Positions 17,277-28,689 of a stretch of 64,000 nucleotides of DNA are shown here, in pieces. Under the pieces are notes generated by a model that saw nothing but the letters and a program-made list of their open reading frames with translations, was not told where the DNA came from and searched no databases. Source of the stretch: Candidatus Cloacimonadales bacterium (lineage in GTDB: Bacteria; Cloacimonadota; Cloacimonadia; Cloacimonadales; JAFGVF01); the NCBI GenBank assembly GCA_963677495.2, contig CAXXOU010000002.1, positions 256,001-320,000 of the forward strand, given 5' to 3'. How positions within the stretch are numbered: the stretch's first letter is position 1; each line of letters starts with the position of its first letter. Made by a program: the position numbers and the translations under genes.

Positions 17277-20200
17277 ATGCGTTGCAAATTACTGTTTCTT
17301 TATTTATTATTTATTGTTTGTGTAACTCCCTTAATCTCAATTAACAACATAACTCGTGATCCAAATAGAGCCTTTGAGATTACAGAATCAAATCCAACTG
17401 GTATTATAGTCAAATTCACATTGCCAGAGTTTCAAGTAGAGGGTAGTATTGTAGATGGGAATGAGAAGGTCAGAATCCTTTCTGAATCAGATAATAGGGT
17501 TTCTCTGGCCAGTGGTATTGACGTACCATATTATTCTACAACACTTGCCATCCCAAATACTGGAAAAGTATCATTGGAAGTACTAGAAGAGAGGACTGAG
17601 ACTATTAAACTCACGTCCTTTGGTTCTAAGCATCTTGATAGAAACTCTGAAGAACTTCCAGTTATTACAGAAGAGTTAGAAACTGTTAATCTCTCAACTC
17701 CTGCAATCATGAGAGACTTAAGAGTTGTAACTCTTTCAGTATCTCCTTTCAACTATGATAAGCAGACAAAAAATCTTAGTACTGTGAACGAAGTTACGTA
17801 CAAAATCAGTATCCTACCGGAAAGAGGTGAGAATGAGTTGGAGTTAGGAAATAAAAAGCTTTCTGCTTCTTTCTTACCTCTTTACCAAAATGTAGTGGAT
17901 AACTTTAATGAGGTAGTTGGTAGACATGAGATTGACTACGAGAAGAGACTATTAATTCTCTATGCTGATTCAGACAATCAACAATACTTGGATAAACTAG
18001 ATGAGCTTATTCAGTGGAAGCGTCAGAAGGGATTTATTGTTTCAGGTATTGAAGTAGCAGGCTTAGGTCTTTCTGAGATAAAAACCATTATACAGAATCA
18101 CTATAATAATGAGAATACAAGACCTGATTATGTCATGCTAATTGGTAATCCAATGGGAGCTTATGATATAACATGTTACAATTATAATTCTGGAGCATCT
18201 GACTATGAGTATTCCTGTTTGGATGGAAACGATAGTTTAGGTGATGTAATTATCGGTAGAGTTCCAATGGATAGTGTTGTGGGTTTTCTAACAATGACAG
18301 AGAAGATTTTCGCTGTGGAAAGGAACCTTGATAGGAGTAATGCCGTTTGGTTGAATCATATAATTCTTGATGCATTAACCCAATATTGTGGTAAATCGGT
18401 TCTATATGTGAATTATTACGTTAAGCTAATTGCAGGCTTAGCGAACAATGAATATAGCTTTTCTGAAATATATGATAACCAACTCCCTCCTGAAGAAATA
18501 TTTAATCAAGGTTCGATGTTATATCACTTCAGGGGGGGTAATTACAATTGGATTGAGAATGCAACTTTTTCGAACGCAAACAAATTACCTCATTGTATAA
18601 TGATTTCAAGTAACTCCGGAAACTTCAACACAATGTGCCCAACTAAAACAGTTGTAAACTATGGTACTCCTGATTCTTTAGGAGGTGCTTTAACAGCTAT
18701 TGGACTATCATCTTCACCATCTCATACAATATATCGAAATATCTATAGTGCTAACGTTGCTGAGGGTGTTTTTGTGAACGGTCTTCGGGATATGGGCTCA
18801 GCTTTACTCTATTCTAAATGGCAATCAACACAATTGTTACCTACCTATACTCCTGATTACATTAGTCTTAATCATCAATGCAACCTTTTAGGTGATCCAA
18901 CTGCAGAAGTATTTATTGGTATACCCTCTGAATTGCAGCTCTCATGTCGTGAATCAATTACTATTAACGAAAACCAATATGCAGTCTTAGTTACAGATGC
19001 AAATGGAGTTGGTGTTGAAGATGTTTGTGTTACACTCGTAAATGATTCGTTACAAGAGATAGCGTTTACAGATATCACCGGAAGGGCAATGGTCGATGTA
19101 CCTGTTGGCTCAGCAATTGCTGATAGTTTGATAGTCACAGCGAGTAAGCAAGACTTTGTCCCTACAGTACAGTATCTCCAAATTCAGGCTGAAGGCCAAG
19201 TCTCTATAACTCAAGCGATATTTTTTGATGATAGCGGGAATAATGATAATGTCCCAGATGCCGGAGAAGTACTGGAACTTAGTGTTGAGTTGCAGAATAA
19301 CACTGACATTATGCTAAATCAGCTCAATCTTTCTCTTACTACTCAGGATCCGTACATAACAATTATCAATAATCAAGCGACTATTCCCTGCATTCCTGAA
19401 TCGGGAACCGCAAGTATTAATACACCATTTACACTGAGCACAGATCCTAATACTCCAGATGGGCATACAGCAGAGCTGTTAGTTCACTGCAATGATTCAG
19501 TCTATCCTGTAATTTTAACAGTGCACAATGCTATGGTTTGTGTAAGTGAATGTATTTTGATTAACAGTGATCAATATTTGTCTCCTGAGCAGGAGGTAAG
19601 TCTTAGTCTAACCATCCTTAATTCAGGCTCTTCTCGGGCTGAAGATATTTATGTTTGTCTATCTTCTGAATCTAATCTGGTTAGCTTTAGTGATTCAGAA
19701 GCATTTATTGGAGATATTTTACCTCAACAAGCAGTTACTAATTTAACTGATACTCTAATGATTGTTACATCTGAAAATTATCTAACAGAATCTGCAAGAA
19801 CAATATATGCTACTTTTAGTAACAACTCAGGTTTCTTACAAACTTGTCATTTCACCCTTGAAGGAGAACCTGAGAACGCAAATACTCCAACCGGACCTGA
19901 TGCATTTGGTCATTATATCTATCATAATAATGATTCTGAACATTTTGATACTCCAATCTATGAATGGATAGAAATTGCTGTACCGGAGGGTGGAAATGGT
20001 TCTCAGTTCTATTTTGCTGACCACACACACGATGCAGATAACACAGACCAGTTGTATAGTATCACAATTGATGAAGTTGATTTACCTTTCAACTTTACGT
20101 TCTATGGGCAGATATATGATAAAGCTTACGTTTGTTCAAACGGATTCATTACATTTAACGAAACTCAGTTTGGTGCATCCAGGAACTATGAGATACCCGG

Positions 20201-22139
20201 TGCTATGTCCCCTAACCCTGTGATTGCTGCATTTTGGGATAACCTGGAGATTCATACGGATGGTGGAGTTTACTACTATTATGATTCTACAAACAACTAC
20301 TTTGTTATTGAGTGGTATAACGTATGTAATAGTGCTGATCCACAGGCTCGAGAGACTTTTGAGATTATCCTGTATGACCCTGAATACTACCCAACATCAA
20401 CAGGAGATGGGTTAGTGAAGATTCAATACCAGGAGTTTAATGATATCGATAGTGGTAGTAATAGTGAATTGGTTCACGGGCATTACAGCACAGTGGGGAT
20501 TGGTGACCATACCGGTTTAGATGGTATGACATACCTATTCGATAATAACTATCAAACTACAGCAAATCCTATTACTGATGGTACTGCTCTATTGATTACA
20601 TCTGAACCTTTCTATGAACCATTTATCAGATTCGAGGAACATCAGATTATTGAAAGTAACAGTAACGGTTTCTTAGAGCCTGATGAAACTATTTATATGA
20701 GCTTAACAATGAGCAATGTAGGTACTCGGAGTGGTGAGAATATTCAAGTAACTATCAATGCTAATTCTCCATATCTAAACTTTATTAATAATACAATAGA
20801 TGGGATAAGCATTGATCCGAATGATACTTTTACAACTCAGGAGTATTTCCTTCTTCAGATTGAACCATCCATTCCGGGGTCAATGTGGATACCGATCTAT
20901 ATATTGATGACGGATGGTACTCATGAGTGGTATGGGGAGACACAAATCTTTGCTTCATCAGCCGGTCTTAATCATTTTGCTTATCGTATTTGTGACTTCC
21001 AAAGTGGCAATGGTAATGGTTTACCTGATGCCGGTGAAACTCTCTATCTAATTCATGAACTTCACAGTTATGGGCTTACAGATATTGAAGGTATATCTGT
21101 TGGGATTACATCTGACAACAATAGTGTTATGTTTGGTGAGACAGTTAATAATATTGCAAAATTCCCTGCTCAATCTAGTATGCAAACATGGTATGAAGTA
21201 ACTCTGCCAAGCAACCTCAATATTGGTGATGAAGTCCAGATTATGACTAATTATAGCAAAGAAGGTTGGTTTGATGAGACTTTTAATGCTACTCTGGAGA
21301 TTGGAATTCATTCTTATCAAAACTTTGGTTTAATAGAAGGGATTGTAACAGCTTCTCATCCTTATACAGAACCGGAAATGGGACTTGTTAATATCGATAC
21401 AAGATACTGTAGTGTGGATGAATCTAGTACTTTTAAAGCTTTTGCCGGTATCGGAAACCATGCTTTAGACTTAGCTCTTCCACATTATCAGCCGACAGTG
21501 ATCGAAGGTCTTGAGCTTAGTAACCCTGATAATATGGTACTAAGTGATATTGAATTTACACCAGAGATACTTCCGGTTGCAACTGAAGTTACTGGTATTT
21601 ATGAATATCCATATCTCTCAATAAACTGGCAAGCACCAATAACTACCGTTTACAATGTTGTTGGTTACAATGTTTACAAAGCAATTGGACAAGATGATTT
21701 CACTCTTGTCGGGTTCAGTGAATACAACCAATACATTGATGGAATTGGCAATACTGGAACATACAACTATCAAATTGAAGTTGTGTATGAAGATGATACT
21801 AGCTTCCATTCTGAAACTCTAATGATGGATATAACAGGTGCTGAGGATAACAGCAATGCACTCAGAACAGAGTTGTTAGGAAATTATCCAAATCCTTTTA
21901 ACCCTACTACAACAATTGCTTACAGTATTGCCAAACAAATGCATGTTGCAATTGATATCTACAATATAAAAGGGCAGCTGGTCAAATCATTAGTAAATCA
22001 GATTGTACAACCGGGGAATCATACAATTGAGTGGGATGGATTCAATTCAAAAGGTAAAGAGTGTGCATCCGGATTATACTTCTATAAGTTAAAAGCAGAT
22101 AGTAAAACTACTATAAAGAAGGCGTTACTAATCAAGTAA
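17277..22139 (+). CDS. Secreted gingipain-like peptidase C25 family protein 1 (catalytic residues degenerate) with FlgD-Ig-type C-terminal domain
   Basis: Signal peptide, C25 propeptide (PAIMRDLRVVTLSVSPF), WKRQKG, IGRVP, NLLGDP, Ig-like repeats, GPDAFGHY module, LLGNYPNPFNPTTTI...SGLYFYKL tail. Confidence 0.88.
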   Translation: MRCKLLFLYLLFIVCVTPLISINNITRDPNRAFEITESNPTGIIVKFTLPEFQVEGSIVDGNEKVRILSESDNRVSLASGIDVPYYSTTLAIPNTGKVSLEVLEERTETIKLTSFGSKHLDRNSEELPVITEELETVNLSTPAIMRDLRVVTLSVSPFNYDKQTKNLSTVNEVTYKISILPERGENELELGNKKLSASFLPLYQNVVDNFNEVVGRHEIDYEKRLLILYADSDNQQYLDKLDELIQWKRQKGFIVSGIEVAGLGLSEIKTIIQNHYNNENTRPDYVMLIGNPMGAYDITCYNYNSGASDYEYSCLDGNDSLGDVIIGRVPMDSVVGFLTMTEKIFAVERNLDRSNAVWLNHIILDALTQYCGKSVLYVNYYVKLIAGLANNEYSFSEIYDNQLPPEEIFNQGSMLYHFRGGNYNWIENATFSNANKLPHCIMISSNSGNFNTMCPTKTVVNYGTPDSLGGALTAIGLSSSPSHTIYRNIYSANVAEGVFVNGLRDMGSALLYSKWQSTQLLPTYTPDYISLNHQCNLLGDPTAEVFIGIPSELQLSCRESITINENQYAVLVTDANGVGVEDVCVTLVNDSLQEIAFTDITGRAMVDVPVGSAIADSLIVTASKQDFVPTVQYLQIQAEGQVSITQAIFFDDSGNNDNVPDAGEVLELSVELQNNTDIMLNQLNLSLTTQDPYITIINNQATIPCIPESGTASINTPFTLSTDPNTPDGHTAELLVHCNDSVYPVILTVHNAMVCVSECILINSDQYLSPEQEVSLSLTILNSGSSRAEDIYVCLSSESNLVSFSDSEAFIGDILPQQAVTNLTDTLMIVTSENYLTESARTIYATFSNNSGFLQTCHFTLEGEPENANTPTGPDAFGHYIYHNNDSEHFDTPIYEWIEIAVPEGGNGSQFYFADHTHDADNTDQLYSITIDEVDLPFNFTFYGQIYDKAYVCSNGFITFNETQFGASRNYEIPGAMSPNPVIAAFWDNLEIHTDGGVYYYYDSTNNYFVIEWYNVCNSADPQARETFEIILYDPEYYPTSTGDGLVKIQYQEFNDIDSGSNSELVHGHYSTVGIGDHTGLDGMTYLFDNNYQTTANPITDGTALLITSEPFYEPFIRFEEHQIIESNSNGFLEPDETIYMSLTMSNVGTRSGENIQVTINANSPYLNFINNTIDGISIDPNDTFTTQEYFLLQIEPSIPGSMWIPIYILMTDGTHEWYGETQIFASSAGLNHFAYRICDFQSGNGNGLPDAGETLYLIHELHSYGLTDIEGISVGITSDNNSVMFGETVNNIAKFPAQSSMQTWYEVTLPSNLNIGDEVQIMTNYSKEGWFDETFNATLEIGIHSYQNFGLIEGIVTASHPYTEPEMGLVNIDTRYCSVDESSTFKAFAGIGNHALDLALPHYQPTVIEGLELSNPDNMVLSDIEFTPEILPVATEVTGIYEYPYLSINWQAPITTVYNVVGYNVYKAIGQDDFTLVGFSEYNQYIDGIGNTGTYNYQIEVVYEDDTSFHSETLMMDITGAEDNSNALRTELLGNYPNPFNPTTTIAYSIAKQMHVAIDIYNIKGQLVKSLVNQIVQPGNHTIEWDGFNSKGKECASGLYFYKLKADSKTTIKKALLIK

Positions 22140-22162
22140 ACTTTCACTTCTACTACCTAAGA

Positions 22163-22190
22163 AAGCCCCACCGTCTTGTGGGGCTTATTA
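22163..22190 (+). terminator. Intrinsic terminator
   Basis: AAGCCCCAC-N6-GTGGGGCTT just after the stop. Weak U-tract. Confidence 0.6.
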
Positions 22191-22444
22191 TACCATTTTT
22201 CATCGCTCAGAGTAGTAAACCCTTTTTATGGAGTTTGTCACACCCAACGGGCGAACGGACTTCCTAAAAAGACCTAACCCTTGCAGTTACAAGAGCAACA
22301 TAGCCCGGCTAAAGATACATAATCCAGGACCTACCCGTCACCCTCCAAAGAATAAAGGAAGTCCGTTATCACTTAACTACCGTTAAACTTCGGTAAACTC
22401 CCTTAATCTTTTCAATATCTGCTTATAAACATCTGATCTATTGC

Positions 22445-22600
22445 TTCTCTTTATCTAATCCCTACAAGAACCTCTTTGCACCGTTAAATAAGTTATGCAC
22501 ACGATGTGGATAACTTTAGGGGTTCATAGGGAGGGTCTAGGGAGGCTAAAGGGTGGGACAAGCGAGATTCTAGGTTTTTGATGAGATTAGATAAAGAGAA
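22445..22600. repeat. IR-bounded intergenic element
   Basis: Perfect 16-bp IR TTCTCTTTATCTAATC / GATTAGATAAAGAGAA. Confidence 0.6.
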
Positions 22601-22909
22601 CCAGTTAACAAAGAATGTTAAATGTTAAATGGTAAACGAATGCAAAATGAATGATGAAAAATGTGAAGTAAGAAACGTATGACAAGCTTCTTAACAATTG
22701 GGATTATTTACTGGAAGGAGATTTTACATTATTCTTGAGAAGCGATATATGAGATAGAATATTGCTCAAATACTCAACGAAACTTGGTATATAAACATAT
22801 TTTAGGGTAAAAAAGACTATTGGAATAATTATTACATTTTGTGAAAAGTGGTTAGTCGAATTGGGAAAGTGAATTTTTAATGAAAACACAAAAGATGAGA
22901 GGTTTTAAG

Positions 22910-25900
22910 ATGTGTAAAAAGGTCACGACTTTAGTTCCCATATTTATGATGGTTCTTGTAGCATCGTTATTTGGTAGTAATGATTTTCTTGAGAACAAAA
23001 AGGGTTCATTTCAAGTTATGGAATCAAATGATTCCGGATTAATTGTTAAATTTAGTTTACCTGAGTATGAACTCAGAACAGAAACAGTTTCAGGTAAACA
23101 AGTTAAAGTTATTGCATGTGAATCTGAAGGTAAAGCATCTCTATCAGGAATAGATGAAGTTCCTTTATTCACATCAATGTTAGCAGTTCCCAATACAGGT
23201 AGCTTTGAGTTGGAAGTTATCGAGAAAAGTACTTCTACTATAAAGGGTGACTTCAAAATATCAAGAACAGCTCTTGAGAGTTTTGATGATAAAGATCCAC
23301 TTGAAGATACAAGACTTACCTTAGGTAAACTCTCACAGCCGGTTATAATGAGAGATTTAAGGACTGTATCATTAACTCTCTCTCCTTTCCAATACAATGA
23401 GTCAAAGAATGAACTGGAAGTGGTTTCAGAAGTAACATATAGATTGAAGCGATCAGACAATCCTGGTGTCAATGAATTGAATTGTGCTGATAATACAATC
23501 TCAGCTTCATTTCTTCCATTGTATCGATCTATTATTGATAACTTTGATTTAATTTCAGATAGGTATACTGTTAACTACGATAAAAAACTCTTAATTATTC
23601 ATGGTCATTCTACAGACCAGCAGTACATTAATAAGTTGAACGAATTTATCAGATGGAAACGACAGAAAGGATTCAAGGTAACATCTGCTTCAACACAGAC
23701 TATCGGTTCATCAAACACAGCTGTAAAAGCTTATATTCAGAATAAGTATAATAATGTCTATACTCGACCTGATTACGTACTTCTAATTGGTGATACCTCA
23801 GGTGCATTATCTATTAGTTGCTGGAATGGAAGTGGCGATACTGATTATCCATACTCCTATTTAGGTGGTAATGATACACTTGGTGATGTTTTTATTGGAC
23901 GTATGCCTGCAGAAACAGTGTCTCATTTTCTTACTATGGCAGAGAAAGTTTTTATCTATGAAAGAGATATAGTCCCTATGCCTGATGCTTGGTATAATCA
24001 AATGCTTCTTGTAGGCGATACTCAACCTTCAGGTCAGTCATGTCAGTATGTGAATTACTATGCAAGAGATATATCTGAAAGAGTAAATCCTAATTATAAT
24101 TACACTGAGCTTTATGGTCCTCAACCCTCCTCGTCTTCCATTACAAGTGCTATAAATCAAGGTGTAGCCATCTATAATTATCGAGGTCACATCGGTATGA
24201 GTGGATGGGATATGCCTAATGAAGGTAGTTTTAATAATGCCAATAAACTTCCTCATTGTATCTTGAATACATGTTCAACAGGTAATTTTAGCGGAACTGA
24301 TGTAACAGATAGCTTTGTTAGATTCGGATCTCCTGCTCTTCCTAAAGGTGGACTAACAGCTATAGGTATGGCTACGTCTTCCACTCATACACTTTTAAAT
24401 AATGTACTAACTACAGGCACACTAGAGGGAATATTTGTTCATGGGATGAGAGATATGAGTGCTCCTCTTCTTCATTCAAAGTGGTTATTACATGAAGTTT
24501 ACCACGATTTGCTCCCGAGTCATTCTATCTCCTTCCCTGAATGGTGCAACCTTATGGGAGATCCTACAGTAGAAGTCTTTGTTGGTACACCGGAAGCTAT
24601 GCAGGTTTCGTGTAGGGAGAGTGTAAGAGTAGGGGATAGCATCTATTCAGTTATGGTTAGTGATTCTAATGCTACCAATCTAAAAGATGTGTGTGTGACC
24701 TTTATGTATAATAATGTTCAGACAATTGCTTATACAAATGAGTTTGGCTATGCAACACTACCATTACCGAATGATATGGTAGAGGGTGAAACTATCACAC
24801 TAACTGTATCTAACCATGACAGTATACCATTTATACATGAAATTGATGTTTTTTCTGCTGCTGATGTAGAGATAGATTCATATACATTTAGTGATGAAAA
24901 TAACGGGAATAGTGATTCAATATTCAATGCAGGTGAAGAGTTGCAGTTAACCATTTCTTTAAGAAATAATAGTCAATCAGATATATCTAATGCACCTGTG
25001 ACTTTAGAATCAGTAGATCCATATATTTCTATTATAAATGGTGAAGCCGAAATTCAGAGTTTACCTGTTGAGGGAATAGGTGAGATAGCTGAACCTATCA
25101 TTTTATCACTTGATCCACAATCACCCGATGGGCATGTTGCTGAGTTAGTTTTATCTTATGATGATATTGATATGCCTATTGAGCTAACTATTGTGAATGG
25201 GGATGTTTGTATAAACAGTTATCAATTGTATAACGAAAGTGGTGTTTTGGATGCAGGTGATTTAGTTAATCTATCATTGAGTGTTGAAAATATTGGTAGT
25301 TATCCATTGAGTAGATTGAGTGTTGAGTTATCCTCAGAATCTGAGCTTGTATATTTTCCTGATAGGGAAGCATTTTTTGGTAACACTAATCCGGGACAAG
25401 TTGTAACAAACATCACAGATGGGCTATCAATTGGTACTAGAGAGCAGTTCCTCACTGAAACTGATATACCGCTTGTTGCTACATTTACCGGAGATAATGG
25501 CTTCAATCAAGAGGTTGAGTTCACGATTCAAGCAGCAACACCATCTTTAGGCAATCCTTCGGGTCCGGATGCCTTTGGTCATTACATCTACCATAGTAAT
25601 GATACTGAATGGCCGGATGCACCTGTTTATGATTGGGTGGAGATTGCACCTCAACAAGGTGGTTCAGGTACATTGGTATACTTAACTGATTCTACACATG
25701 ATAGTGATAACAGTGATTTAGTTAACATCATCGCATTTGATAATGCCCAACTTCCATTTGACTTTACATTCTATGGTGTTGATTATGATGAAGTATATAT
25801 CTGCTCAAACGGGTTTATCAGTTTCTTACCTACTGAAGTTAGCACTGCAAGGAACCTTCCGATACCCGGGCCAATGACACCTGATCCAATAATTGCCCCG

Positions 25901-27823
25901 TTCTGGGATAACTTAGAGGTACATTCAGATGGTGGAGTCTATTACTATCATGATACAGTAAATAGTACATTTATCATTGAATGGTATAATGTGAAGAACA
26001 GTTATAATACATCCTATTCAGAGACTTTCCAAATCATTCTTTACGATCCAGATCTATATCCAACCTCAACCGGAGATGGATTAGTGAAGATTCAGTATCA
26101 AGAATTCAATGATATAGACGCCGGTAATCCGGCTAGTTATACACCCGGGCACGGGCAATATTGTACTGTAGGAATTGGTGATCACACCGGAACAGATGGA
26201 ATGAGTTATCTTTTTGACTTAGATTACCTTCCAACTGCGCAACAAATTACCGATAATACCGCATTAATCATAACCGGTGAACCTTATGTCATGCTCACTC
26301 CTGATTTAGATATTGAAGATTTCCACTTTACGGAGACTAATGGCAACGGGTTCATCGAACCGGGTGAAACTGTTCAGTTTGGTGTGACAGTCACAAACAG
26401 CGGAACTGCAGATGCAACTAGTATTCTTGGTACTGCCATAACTGAGAGTCCTTATGCTACTATCATAGAAGGAGCAATTCCTAGCATTACAATCAACATG
26501 GATGAGTCTATTACAACAACTACCGGTTTCGAAATGCTGATTAGTGAAACAACACCTCTTGAAGAACATATTGTAGTAACAGTTAATCTGACAGATGGTA
26601 TAGATACTTGGTCCGAAGATGTTGAGTTCTTTATCACTGCCCCAATGCTGGAACATTTAGCATTTAGAATCTGTGATTATGAAACCGGAAATGGAGATGG
26701 TGAGCCTAATGCAGGTGAAACTCTATATCTAGTTCACGAAGTTGTAAGTTATAGTACAGTTGATATGCACGATGTTACTGTTGATGTTGATACAGATGAT
26801 TATAGCGTAACTCTCTTAGAGCATGTTGATGAGTTAAAACTGATACCAGCCGGGGGAGTGATGCAGAGCTGGTTTAAATTAACCTTACCTGATAACTTAA
26901 ATGTTGGAGATGAGACAACTATTACGGTAACTTATGAGAAGGAAGATTGGTTCAATAACAGCTTCGATGCAACGCTAGAAACAGACATGCACACATATCA
27001 AAGTTATGGGATGATAACAGGTACTGTTCATACTGAGCATGAAGATGCAATTCCCGGAGATGGATTAGTAAAGCTTTCTAATAGACATACAACCTTAGGT
27101 GATGGTTCAGTTTATAGAATGTTTAAGGGATTTGGTAATCATACAATAGAAGCTCATATGAACCATTATCTTCCTGCCTACATAGATGATGTGGAGCTGA
27201 ATCTTTATGATGAAATGGTTGCTAGTGGGATTGATTTAAGTCCTCAACCACTTCCTTTGGCTTCTGAACTTGAAGGAAGCTACAATAATCCTGAGTTTAC
27301 TTTAACATGGGTGGAACCAACTCATAGTGAGTATGATATTATAGAAAACAATGTCTATAAAGCTATTGGTGAGGGTGATTATAACCTTGTAGAGATTACT
27401 GATACAAATCAGTATGTAGAAACTATTAACACTGATGGTGTTTACCACTATCGTGTAGAAGTTGTGTATAACTATAGTACAAGTTTCCTTTCTGATGTCT
27501 TTACTCATAATTTAACCGGTAGTGATGATAATAATCAAACTCAACTTGTTACAAAACTATATGGTAACTACCCTAATCCATTCAATCCAACAACCGATAT
27601 TTCCTTCTGTATTGCCAAAAAAGGGCATGTTAAAATTGATATCTATAACGTGAAAGGACAGCATATTCATTCATTAGTTGATGATGTGAAAACTGCCGGA
27701 AACCATGTAGTTAAATGGGAAGGAACAGACAAGCACGGAAAGCCATGTGGCTCCGGCTTGTATATGTATAAATTTGAGACAATCAATTCGATCTCAATTG
27801 GAAAGGCTATGCTTTTGAAGTAA
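22910..27823 (+). CDS. Secreted gingipain-like peptidase C25 family protein 2 (His/Cys dyad intact) with FlgD-Ig-type C-terminal domain
   Basis: Collinear paralogue of 17277-22139. YNYRGHIG (His) and LNTCSTGNF (Cys), NLMGDP, LYGNYPNPFNP tail. Start at ATG 22910 after GAGGT. Confidence 0.9.
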   Translation: MCKKVTTLVPIFMMVLVASLFGSNDFLENKKGSFQVMESNDSGLIVKFSLPEYELRTETVSGKQVKVIACESEGKASLSGIDEVPLFTSMLAVPNTGSFELEVIEKSTSTIKGDFKISRTALESFDDKDPLEDTRLTLGKLSQPVIMRDLRTVSLTLSPFQYNESKNELEVVSEVTYRLKRSDNPGVNELNCADNTISASFLPLYRSIIDNFDLISDRYTVNYDKKLLIIHGHSTDQQYINKLNEFIRWKRQKGFKVTSASTQTIGSSNTAVKAYIQNKYNNVYTRPDYVLLIGDTSGALSISCWNGSGDTDYPYSYLGGNDTLGDVFIGRMPAETVSHFLTMAEKVFIYERDIVPMPDAWYNQMLLVGDTQPSGQSCQYVNYYARDISERVNPNYNYTELYGPQPSSSSITSAINQGVAIYNYRGHIGMSGWDMPNEGSFNNANKLPHCILNTCSTGNFSGTDVTDSFVRFGSPALPKGGLTAIGMATSSTHTLLNNVLTTGTLEGIFVHGMRDMSAPLLHSKWLLHEVYHDLLPSHSISFPEWCNLMGDPTVEVFVGTPEAMQVSCRESVRVGDSIYSVMVSDSNATNLKDVCVTFMYNNVQTIAYTNEFGYATLPLPNDMVEGETITLTVSNHDSIPFIHEIDVFSAADVEIDSYTFSDENNGNSDSIFNAGEELQLTISLRNNSQSDISNAPVTLESVDPYISIINGEAEIQSLPVEGIGEIAEPIILSLDPQSPDGHVAELVLSYDDIDMPIELTIVNGDVCINSYQLYNESGVLDAGDLVNLSLSVENIGSYPLSRLSVELSSESELVYFPDREAFFGNTNPGQVVTNITDGLSIGTREQFLTETDIPLVATFTGDNGFNQEVEFTIQAATPSLGNPSGPDAFGHYIYHSNDTEWPDAPVYDWVEIAPQQGGSGTLVYLTDSTHDSDNSDLVNIIAFDNAQLPFDFTFYGVDYDEVYICSNGFISFLPTEVSTARNLPIPGPMTPDPIIAPFWDNLEVHSDGGVYYYHDTVNSTFIIEWYNVKNSYNTSYSETFQIILYDPDLYPTSTGDGLVKIQYQEFNDIDAGNPASYTPGHGQYCTVGIGDHTGTDGMSYLFDLDYLPTAQQITDNTALIITGEPYVMLTPDLDIEDFHFTETNGNGFIEPGETVQFGVTVTNSGTADATSILGTAITESPYATIIEGAIPSITINMDESITTTTGFEMLISETTPLEEHIVVTVNLTDGIDTWSEDVEFFITAPMLEHLAFRICDYETGNGDGEPNAGETLYLVHEVVSYSTVDMHDVTVDVDTDDYSVTLLEHVDELKLIPAGGVMQSWFKLTLPDNLNVGDETTITVTYEKEDWFNNSFDATLETDMHTYQSYGMITGTVHTEHEDAIPGDGLVKLSNRHTTLGDGSVYRMFKGFGNHTIEAHMNHYLPAYIDDVELNLYDEMVASGIDLSPQPLPLASELEGSYNNPEFTLTWVEPTHSEYDIIENNVYKAIGEGDYNLVEITDTNQYVETINTDGVYHYRVEVVYNYSTSFLSDVFTHNLTGSDDNNQTQLVTKLYGNYPNPFNPTTDISFCIAKKGHVKIDIYNVKGQHIHSLVDDVKTAGNHVVKWEGTDKHGKPCGSGLYMYKFETINSISIGKAMLLK

Positions 27824-27844
27824 CCTTTCTTGAGGCTAACCACC

Positions 27845-27880
27845 AAGCCCCGTCAATCCCGACGGGGCTTACTTTGTTTT
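27845..27880 (+). terminator. Intrinsic terminator
   Basis: AAGCCCCGTC-N6-GACGGGGCTT then ACTTTGTTTT. Confidence 0.8.
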
Positions 27881-27883
27881 ATA

Positions 27884-28070
27884 GAAGCAGTCACCATTAC
27901 GACCAACGGGAGGAGCTCGTAAGCCGATAGGCGCACAACTTCCGGGTCGCTCAGATGGCTTTAGGAGATTAGTATTAGTAGTATTGACTTATCTTTAGTA
28001 TAATCTTTGCGGATAAGCTCTTCTTTAGTTGGGAGACTAAAGTTATCGGAGAGTTCTTTGGACTTCATTC
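27884..28070 (+). repeat. Dispersed intergenic repeat, homologous to 30805-31096
   Basis: 22-nt identity GAAGCAGTCACCATTACGACCA plus collinear GGGTCGCTCAG-TGGCTTTAG...TTAGTAGTATTGAC...ACTAAAG-TATC...GACTTCATTC. Confidence 0.75.
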
Positions 28071-28158
28071 ACAAAACTCTCTTCGTTCAGAACAAGTTGG
28101 GCTCTCGAAATTGCTAAGGTAAATTCCATTAACATGTTCCCAATCTCGTAAACTCTCT

Positions 28159-28188
28159 AAAAAAGGGTCATGCTTTCGCATAACCCTT
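28159..28188 (-). terminator. Intrinsic terminator after coaD
   Basis: Minus strand AAGGGTTATGC-GAAA-GCATGACCCTTTTT. Confidence 0.7.
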
Positions 28189-28205
28189 AAATTATATTTG
28201 AATTC

Positions 28206-28685
28206 TTATTTCCTAAATTTCGCTTCCATTGCTATCCTAACCGGCTCAGGAACCATGTCCATAAGATTCCCTCCCGCTTCGGCTACTTGCCTGATAATTG
28301 TTGAGGACAAGTAGAGATAGCGATAGCTTGGAATTAGGAAAAATGTCTCGATACATTTCTCTAATCTCTTATTCGTTAGTGCTACTGAGAGCTCAAACTC
28401 AAAATCAGATAATGCTCTTAGTCCACGAATCATAACTTCGCAATCCTGTGACTTAGCAAACTCAACAGCTAATCCACCGAATGGCATTACTTTAACATTT
28501 GGTAGATGTTCAAGTGATTTCCTGCAAAGCTCAGTGCGTTCTTCGAGTGTAAACAAAGTATTTTTACCTGTAACTCCGGCGACAGCTAAGATAATCTCAT
28601 CAAAATGAGCAGAAGCCTTCTCAATTATATTGATGTGACCGCTTGAAATTGGGTCGAAGGTTCCGGGATAGCATGCTCTTCTCAT
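28206..28685 (-). CDS. coaD: Phosphopantetheine adenylyltransferase
   Basis: YPGTFDPISSGH, IRGLRALSDFEFE, YLSSTIIR. Confidence 0.96.
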   Translation of the reverse strand: MRRACYPGTFDPISSGHINIIEKASAHFDEIILAVAGVTGKNTLFTLEERTELCRKSLEHLPNVKVMPFGGLAVEFAKSQDCEVMIRGLRALSDFEFELSVALTNKRLEKCIETFFLIPSYRYLYLSSTIIRQVAEAGGNLMDMVPEPVRIAMEAKFRK

Positions 28686-28689
28686 AAGA

